From Alphaproteobacteria bacterium (GTDB taxonomy: Bacteria > Pseudomonadota > Alphaproteobacteria > JABAAW01): a DNA stretch of 64,000 bases. The DNA is taken from the NCBI GenBank assembly GCA_014238535.1, contig JABAAW010000002.1, positions 6,659 through 70,658 on the forward strand, written 5' to 3'. Both the position numbers and the translations under genes were made by a program. The first letter of the stretch is position 1, and each line of letters opens with the position of its first letter. A model generated the notes under the pieces. It was not told the DNA's origin, did no database searches, and was given only the letters and a program-made list of their open reading frames with translations. Shown here piece by piece: positions 57,811 to 64,000 of the stretch.

Positions 57811-59232
57811 ATGTTTCTGAAAAGGATTGTTTATATGCGAAGTGGTTTATTAATTCTTTACTTCTTGTTTTCGCTATTGACGCTAATCCTACTGCCCGTA
57901 GCAGCAATAGACGCTAAACAGCTGCTATTCGATAAAAAAGAAAAATCAGGAAAAATTTTCTTCTCATATCTATACCAAGATGATGCGAAAAATACCGAAG
58001 AGTTGGGTTTCTCTCTATCGCAGCTAGAGATAGACAAAGCACAATCTCTATTGTTAGACGATGCTGCTCTCAATAGAGCAGCAAGCGATTTTATATTTAT
58101 AGAGGGCAAGGAAACCGCCGATAAATACCTAGCAACATTTCAACACGCTTTCGATATAGCTATCCAGGGCATATCAAACTCAATCGCTACCTTCAACAGC
58201 AACTTAGGCACGCAGGTAGTCACAATGAAGTTGAAAGCGCCAGGTGAAATTTCGTTGTCATTGGAACTAACAGGAGAACAGTTGCTCGATATACAAGTCT
58301 CTTCCGTAGTACCAGGCATGCAGTTCGTACGCAATAACGAAGCATTCATCTCTAAATTTCTCGCCGATATGCGAGCAATCGTCGCGCAAGCTAACCGCCG
58401 ATTACCAGATGGGCTCAGCTTTTCAATATCGCTAGAAGGCGACAGTATACGATTCCCATTGAAAAACGAAAACCGCGCATACGATACTGGAACTAGTGCG
58501 CGGGCAAGGCAAGAAATAAGAAAAACCAATGCGCGGTTGCGTAGCAGGCTAGAACAGCGCAATAAGCAAGCGCAAGAGGTCAATGCTTTCGTCGAAGGAA
58601 CAAAACTACGGGCAAAAAAAATTATCGACACTACCGTAGCTAAATTAGCAGATGCCCGCAAGGATGTGATAGCAGATATGAAGGCGCGTCGAGTCGAATT
58701 CTATGCTGCGCACTACCTATTGTCCGCAAAAAAAAATAAAGAACTAGTACTGATCGATTACGCGCGCGTCGTTAACCAATCGATCAATGGCCTCAAGCCA
58801 GTCGCTAGAGCATTCAAAGGTCAGGAGCAAAATCAGCGAAAAACAGTAGCTAAAGTGCTACATTTCTTTCAAAACATTCCATACAATGATCTGACGCAGG
58901 GGAAGGTACGAGGCTTCCGAGGATTTTCACCACCATTAGAAATGCTCGCCGCTAACCGCGGAGATTGCGATTCAAAGTCAACTGCGATGATGGCGGTATT
59001 ACAAACTCTAACCCCAAATCTGGAAGTAGCCATATTCATAGTGCCAAAACATGCTTTCCTAGGAGTAGCTATACCTGCAAAAAAAAGTGATACCATATAC
59101 ACACACGAAGGAATAACATACGTACTAATGGAGCCCACAGGACCGCGAGTACGTCCTATAGGGTCGCTAATACAAAGCTCTTACGATTATTTACAATCTG
59201 GACAAATAGACGAAATCATTACCTTGCAGTAA
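57811..59232 (+). CDS. secreted hypothetical protein with a C-terminal transglutaminase-like Cys-His-Glu core
   Basis: It has the signal-like LLILYFLFSLLTLILLPVAA. The C-terminal 90 aa read NRGDCDSKSTAMMAVL (Cys codon 58966), then 28 aa later KHAFLGV (His codon 59050), then 27 aa later LMEPTG (Glu codon 59131). Start candidates are 57811 and 57835. Confidence 0.45.
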   Translation: MFLKRIVYMRSGLLILYFLFSLLTLILLPVAAIDAKQLLFDKKEKSGKIFFSYLYQDDAKNTEELGFSLSQLEIDKAQSLLLDDAALNRAASDFIFIEGKETADKYLATFQHAFDIAIQGISNSIATFNSNLGTQVVTMKLKAPGEISLSLELTGEQLLDIQVSSVVPGMQFVRNNEAFISKFLADMRAIVAQANRRLPDGLSFSISLEGDSIRFPLKNENRAYDTGTSARARQEIRKTNARLRSRLEQRNKQAQEVNAFVEGTKLRAKKIIDTTVAKLADARKDVIADMKARRVEFYAAHYLLSAKKNKELVLIDYARVVNQSINGLKPVARAFKGQEQNQRKTVAKVLHFFQNIPYNDLTQGKVRGFRGFSPPLEMLAANRGDCDSKSTAMMAVLQTLTPNLEVAIFIVPKHAFLGVAIPAKKSDTIYTHEGITYVLMEPTGPRVRPIGSLIQSSYDYLQSGQIDEIITLQ

Positions 59233-59248
59233 AGATGCAAGCATACAG

Positions 59249-62158
59249 ATGAATAGCGATAAATCGTACAGCAACGCAGATCTCACTTTGATCGACGGAT
59301 ATGGGTACGTCTTCCGCGCATTCTACGCGCTACCCTCGATGCACCGCAAGGATGGCACACCAGTAAATGCCGTTTATGGATTTACGCGGATGCTCGCATC
59401 ATTGTTGCGCGAGAAAAACATAGCTCGATGCTTGGTCGTCTTCGACGCTAAAGGAAAAAGCTTTCGCTCAAAAATTTTCAACGAATATAAGGCTAACCGT
59501 CGAGAAACACCTTCAGAGTTAATAGCACAATTCGCGATTGTGCGCGAGGCTGCGCAGGCATTCTCATTGCCCATCATCGAGCATGTCGGTTTCGAAGCCG
59601 ACGACTTGATCGCTAGCTATACACGGGAGGCACGAATTAAAGGTTGGAGAACCGAAATATATTCCTCCGACAAGGACCTGATGCAGTTGATAACAAATAA
59701 AATTTGGTTACGCGATCCCGTGAAAAACCGAGTGATCAATAAAGAAACCGTGCTGGAACGATTCGGTGTCACGCCAGATAAAATTAAAGACGTCATGGCT
59801 CTCGCAGGAGATGCAAGCGATAACATTCCCGGAGTGCCAGGTATAGGAATCAAGATCGCAGCAGAATTGATAACGCGCTTCGGGGATTTGGAAACTTTGC
59901 TCGCCTCCACTGAAAAAATAACGCAAATGAAAAGACGCCAAACATTACAAAACAATGTAGAAAAAGCCCGTATGAGCATGAGGTTAGTCACACTCGCTGA
60001 AAATGCTCCTTGTACAATCGCAATAGATAGTTTAACTAAACCGCAGCCCGAGCGGAAGCGGTTGAGCAAATTCTTGCACGAGCAAAACTTCCTATCGTTG
60101 TTGCAAGAACTCGAGGCGCGTAGTGATGATAGCTCGAATCGTCGGTTAAGCGAGCTATTTATCCAGAAGGATGAAAAAAATAATGAAAGCAGAGCTAACA
60201 CTCACGCTACGGCTTCTTATAAAAATAGGGGTAGCATTAGCAAAAGGGTTATCGTATTCGAAGCTGAGGATGAAATCGTCGCAACTAATCAGCCTAAGCA
60301 CAAATATAGCGTCATAACCGACGAAGAGAGGTTGGCAGACTTTTGCCTCAAGGCTCGCAAGCATGGCTTATGCTCACTCGCAATCGAAGCTACATCCGCA
60401 AGCATTATCAACGCCGAGATAGTCGCTATCGCATTGTCTATAGACGAACTGCCAGCCGTTTATATTCCACTCGCGCATAAAACAGAAGACGGTTCTCCTT
60501 TACCATCACAAATACCTCGTTCGAAGGTCTTCCTACATCTAAAGCAGTTGTTTGAAGATCGCTCAACGCTGAAGGTTGGCTATAACCTAAAGCAGGTTAT
60601 CGCGATCTTGCAAAAACATTCCATCGGATTTCTATCTTACGACGATATCATCTTACTATCTGCTACTTTGGATGGTGGGAAGTATGGAAGCAACGCGCAT
60701 GCTCTGCCAGCGTTAGCCTTACGACACTTGCAACATAAGGTTATCGAGTACAGTGGGGTCGTGGGAACAGGGAACAAGACATTGAACTTCGAGCGAGCTG
60801 CTATCGATCTAGCTGGCTCTTATCTTACTGATGTTGCATCGGTAACCCTGCGATTGCAAAAGCTGTTTGCAGATAGGCTTATAACGGAGTGTGCCAAAGG
60901 AATTTACGAAACTCTGGAAAGACCTTTAATTCCAGTTATCATCGATATGGAGCGACAAGGGGTACGCATAGATAGTCAAGCATTGAAAAAACTCAGCGAA
61001 AATTTTTTACAGCAAATAAATCTCTTGGCGAAAGAAATTCATAAATTGGCGGGCGAAGAGTTCGCCATAGCATCCCCAAAGCAATTGGGGGAAATCCTAT
61101 TCTCGCGCATGCAGTTAAGTGGGGCTAAAAAAACCGCAAGCGGGCAATTCTCAACAAAAAGCACTGTGTTAGATAAGCTAGCTGAAGAGGGGCATATTAT
61201 CGCCACGCGAGTATTGGATTGGAGACGATTGTCTAAACTGCGATCAACTTATGCGGAAGCATTACCACTACAAGTACATCCGCAGACGCAGCGCGTACAC
61301 ACTTCGTTCTCGCTGAGTGGAGCGCAAACAGGGCGGCTAGCATCTTCGGATCCAAACCTGCAAAATATACCGATACGAGATCAGGAGGGAAGGCAAATTC
61401 GCCGTGCATTCATTGCTACCGAAGGCTATCGTCTGATCTCACTCGATTATTCTCAAATAGAACTACGTCTGATCGCCGCCATCGCCTCTGTTGAGCCTAT
61501 GCTCGATAGCTTCGCGCAAGGGCTAGACATACATAGCGCAACCGCCGCAGAAATGTTTTCCGTACAAATAAACAAAGTCTCAAAAGAACAGAGGCGTTAT
61601 GCAAAAACCGTCAATTTTAGCTTGCTATATGGAATCTCGAAATTTAGTTTGGCGCGTAGGCTCGGCATTAACGAAAATGACGCCCAAGATATGATCAGTC
61701 TTTATTTCGCGCGATACCCTCAGCTGCGCCGCTACCGTGAGAAGACTATCAATTTTTGCCGTGATAATCATTATGTAGAAACTTTGTTTGGCAGAAAAAT
61801 ATACTTGCCAGCTATCAATGATCACAATCACCATGTGCGAGCTCACGCCGAACGACAGGCGATCAACGCGCCAGTGCAGGGTAGTGCTGCCGATATCGTA
61901 AAACAGTCTATGTTGCGCCTACATCGTGCGTTTACTGCAAAAACGCACGACAATGTACCCGAAGAAGGTGAATACGCAAGAGTATACATGCTATTACAAG
62001 TGCATGACGAAATTGTTATAGAGGCTCCGTTATCCATTGCCGAAAACACCGCATGTCTAGCGCAACAAATAATGAGCAAAGCTAGCGAACCACAACAATA
62101 TTTGCCTATTCCATTAGAGGTTACATACAATATCAGCGACAATTGGCTCGCCGCATGA
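59249..62158 (+). CDS. polA: DNA polymerase I
   Basis: 969 aa. It has a 5'-nuclease N-terminus (LIDGYGYVFRAFYA), a 3'-5' exonuclease region, and polymerase motifs: DYSQIELR (A), RRYAKTVNFSLLYG (B) and QVHDE (C). Confidence 0.95.
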   Translation: MNSDKSYSNADLTLIDGYGYVFRAFYALPSMHRKDGTPVNAVYGFTRMLASLLREKNIARCLVVFDAKGKSFRSKIFNEYKANRRETPSELIAQFAIVREAAQAFSLPIIEHVGFEADDLIASYTREARIKGWRTEIYSSDKDLMQLITNKIWLRDPVKNRVINKETVLERFGVTPDKIKDVMALAGDASDNIPGVPGIGIKIAAELITRFGDLETLLASTEKITQMKRRQTLQNNVEKARMSMRLVTLAENAPCTIAIDSLTKPQPERKRLSKFLHEQNFLSLLQELEARSDDSSNRRLSELFIQKDEKNNESRANTHATASYKNRGSISKRVIVFEAEDEIVATNQPKHKYSVITDEERLADFCLKARKHGLCSLAIEATSASIINAEIVAIALSIDELPAVYIPLAHKTEDGSPLPSQIPRSKVFLHLKQLFEDRSTLKVGYNLKQVIAILQKHSIGFLSYDDIILLSATLDGGKYGSNAHALPALALRHLQHKVIEYSGVVGTGNKTLNFERAAIDLAGSYLTDVASVTLRLQKLFADRLITECAKGIYETLERPLIPVIIDMERQGVRIDSQALKKLSENFLQQINLLAKEIHKLAGEEFAIASPKQLGEILFSRMQLSGAKKTASGQFSTKSTVLDKLAEEGHIIATRVLDWRRLSKLRSTYAEALPLQVHPQTQRVHTSFSLSGAQTGRLASSDPNLQNIPIRDQEGRQIRRAFIATEGYRLISLDYSQIELRLIAAIASVEPMLDSFAQGLDIHSATAAEMFSVQINKVSKEQRRYAKTVNFSLLYGISKFSLARRLGINENDAQDMISLYFARYPQLRRYREKTINFCRDNHYVETLFGRKIYLPAINDHNHHVRAHAERQAINAPVQGSAADIVKQSMLRLHRAFTAKTHDNVPEEGEYARVYMLLQVHDEIVIEAPLSIAENTACLAQQIMSKASEPQQYLPIPLEVTYNISDNWLAA

Positions 62159-62187
62159 TAGGATAATCGCAGTATATAGAGCTGAGG

Positions 62188-64000
62188 TTAGGTTTTGTCT
62201 TCGTTCGCTTCTTCTTTGGATATTAGGTTATCAGGAACCTTATCGCTTAACGCAGTATCCCTAACAGGGATAGGGGAGGGGGAACTCGCGAAGAAAGGCG
62301 AAGCACCTGAGATGCCAGATACTGCTTGCTCTTCTTGTTCCTTCTTTTCATTTTCGCCACCTGCTTGTATTGTCGCTTCTTGCGTCATTGGTTTGTGTGC
62401 CGATGCGACACCGTTTGCGCTTGTAGTCTGTTCGTAGTTTGAAAATGCCTCCGCGCCTGCGTGCATTCCCTCTCGGTCTAGCGTTTGTCTAGTTTGCTCC
62501 GTCGTAGCATCTAGCAAAGTACTTTGTTCTTTCATCTTCGCAATTTTTTCTTCTAATGATGCCTGCCCTTCTTCAGCCGCTTGTGCTAAATTTTCTATTT
62601 CGTTGCTGTCCAGCCTTGCTTGTGGGTGTGACTCTGTCAAATCTCTATTATCGATTTGTAACTCTGATGCTGTATTTTCTATCTTGTGTTCAGCATCACT
62701 CTCGTCAGCATTGCTAATAAAAGAGGGGGCAGTTTGCGCTTCTGCAGATTTTTTCTCCTGACCACCCTCTTCTTTATTTTGAACCCAATCTTCCAGCTTG
62801 TACGAGGATTCAGAGGCCTCCATCGATGGCTGATTGGGAGGAGTGCTCTTTTCGCCTGATAATGTCGATCTTTGCCAATCGCTAACTTCGGCTACAGGCA
62901 GTGGAGGTTCTGAGGGCAATGTTGTAGCCATGCCAGAACTAGTAAGCATAGACGTTGGAGATGAATCGAGAATTTCATCAAGGCGTGCCGTTTGTTCTTT
63001 CAGTTTCGCTATTTTACTTGCAAGTTCACCATCATCGACGGGGACGGCTGATAGCGAAGAAGCGTGGCTCAGAGGGGTATGGTCTGGTACTGGTGGGAGA
63101 TCAACTGTAGCACTTTCTATACTCTTACCTTCGTCTTTTGCTTCTTTTGTCGTTTCCTCTACTACTTTACCATCATTAGCGGTAGCAACTTCCTCTTTTT
63201 CTTCTACTAATGCTAAGCCTACATCTTGAGCGTCATCTATAGATGCCGAAGGTGTAGCAATAGGCATAAGATTATCCTCTTTAGCCGTATCATCGTGCCC
63301 CTCTCGTGCTAGCTCATCTTGTTCTGCGCCAAGCCCTTCATCCGAATCTATAGGCGTGCGCAATCGTGCAATAATAAGTTGTTCCAACTTCACTTCATCA
63401 GCAGGGATACTCTCGTATGTTTCTTGTTGCTCGTTCATCTCGGCAAGCATAGAAGGGATATGAGGTCTGGCTCCAATAGCTCTTTCGATAGTATCAGGGA
63501 ACTTGGCAGCCGATGCCGTGGCAAAAGTAATCATCGCAATATCTTTGTTACTTTTACTTTCTGAATCGAGGTCTCTTACCTGTTTCGCAGCAGCAAGGGC
63601 TATTGCAGAGTGCGGGTCTAAAGGAACTCCAACGCTACGATACGATTGCCCAATGGCATCAAGAATTTGTTCATCGTCAAAACGCGAACTATGAAAAAGC
63701 TTAAAAGCTTGCTTACGCATAGAAAATTTCGACAGAGTGGTCAATCCACTTTCAGCGATCCTTTTTTGCAATTTGCGCCAGCGTCTCGTGCTACCGCCAA
63801 GTATTCTGAACAACAAACGTTCCAAGTTATTCGGCGTCATGATGTCGATGCTAGGCGTTAAACTGGGTATTACATCGTCTGTTTTGCTGCTACCTCTTGT
63901 GAAAAACTTATATAAGAAATCGTTTCTGCTAACTGCTAACGTGATGCTCTCAATTGGTGCCCCAAGCTTTTTTGCAACATAGCCAGCATAGGCATTGCCA
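62188..64000 (-). CDS. thrC: threonine synthase, C-terminal catalytic part (the N-terminus lies beyond the window end), fused to an acidic extension of ~385 aa
   Basis: The frame stays open from 64000. The minus-strand translation is GNAYAGYVAKKLGAPIE...TPSIDIMTPNNLERLLF...DPHSAIALAAA...ASAAKFPDTIE. This is ThrC-like up to ..EQLIIARLR at about 63345. It then continues for 385 more codons to the stop at 62188. Confidence 0.8.
   Translation of the reverse strand, partial: GNAYAGYVAKKLGAPIESITLAVSRNDFLYKFFTRGSSKTDDVIPSLTPSIDIMTPNNLERLLFRILGGSTRRWRKLQKRIAESGLTTLSKFSMRKQAFKLFHSSRFDDEQILDAIGQSYRSVGVPLDPHSAIALAAAKQVRDLDSESKSNKDIAMITFATASAAKFPDTIERAIGARPHIPSMLAEMNEQQETYESIPADEVKLEQLIIARLRTPIDSDEGLGAEQDELAREGHDDTAKEDNLMPIATPSASIDDAQDVGLALVEEKEEVATANDGKVVEETTKEAKDEGKSIESATVDLPPVPDHTPLSHASSLSAVPVDDGELASKIAKLKEQTARLDEILDSSPTSMLTSSGMATTLPSEPPLPVAEVSDWQRSTLSGEKSTPPNQPSMEASESSYKLEDWVQNKEEGGQEKKSAEAQTAPSFISNADESDAEHKIENTASELQIDNRDLTESHPQARLDSNEIENLAQAAEEGQASLEEKIAKMKEQSTLLDATTEQTRQTLDREGMHAGAEAFSNYEQTTSANGVASAHKPMTQEATIQAGGENEKKEQEEQAVSGISGASPFFASSPSPIPVRDTALSDKVPDNLISKEEANEDKT

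Overview
This is a gene-dense 64-kb chromosomal segment with about 60 CDS, 3 tRNAs and an SRP RNA. It reads as Alphaproteobacteria: it has the alpha-type ribosomal protein L36, FlaF, a hemC-hemD-(Mic60-like)-hemY cluster, prfA-prmC-DUF4167, lptF-lptG-lptD-surA-pdxA-rsmA, and a short ProRS that lacks the editing domain. Most of the content is housekeeping: dapB, ribF, glmM, folK, thiolase, pdxJ, acpS, rpoZ, htrA, hisS, dcd, purB, rpe, guaB, dnaX, lolCD, proS, polA and thrC. I found no transposase, integrase, CRISPR array, restriction gene or recognisable multi-gene defence island, so I cannot honestly point to a convincing new multi-gene system. Eight items stand out. (1) Threonine synthase carries a C-terminal acidic, disordered extension of roughly 385 aa with a repeated KIAK-L/M-KEQ helix motif. 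(2) The Mic60/HemX-position protein in the heme cluster has an N-terminal Cro/YdaS-like HTH segment ahead of its TM helix. (3) A single class-II-type fic gene sits between tRNA-Pro and thiolase, preceded by a 41-bp tandem repeat whose last copy is a perfect 11-N6-11 palindrome next to the start codon. (4) An isolated flgL-flaF pair has an exact-spacing sigma-54-type -24/-12 element upstream. (5) Two tandem, diverged beta-barrel OMP paralogs have conserved ends and variable centres. (6) A lone non-pyrrolysine MttB-family methyltransferase has no corrinoid partner nearby. (7) Two large secreted proteins of unknown function are present, one all-alpha repeat protein and one with a C-terminal Cys-His-Glu transglutaminase-like core. 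(8) rpoZ abuts pdxJ-acpS with no spoT/rsh between them. All calls come from reading the translations and the DNA by eye; no database search was run.
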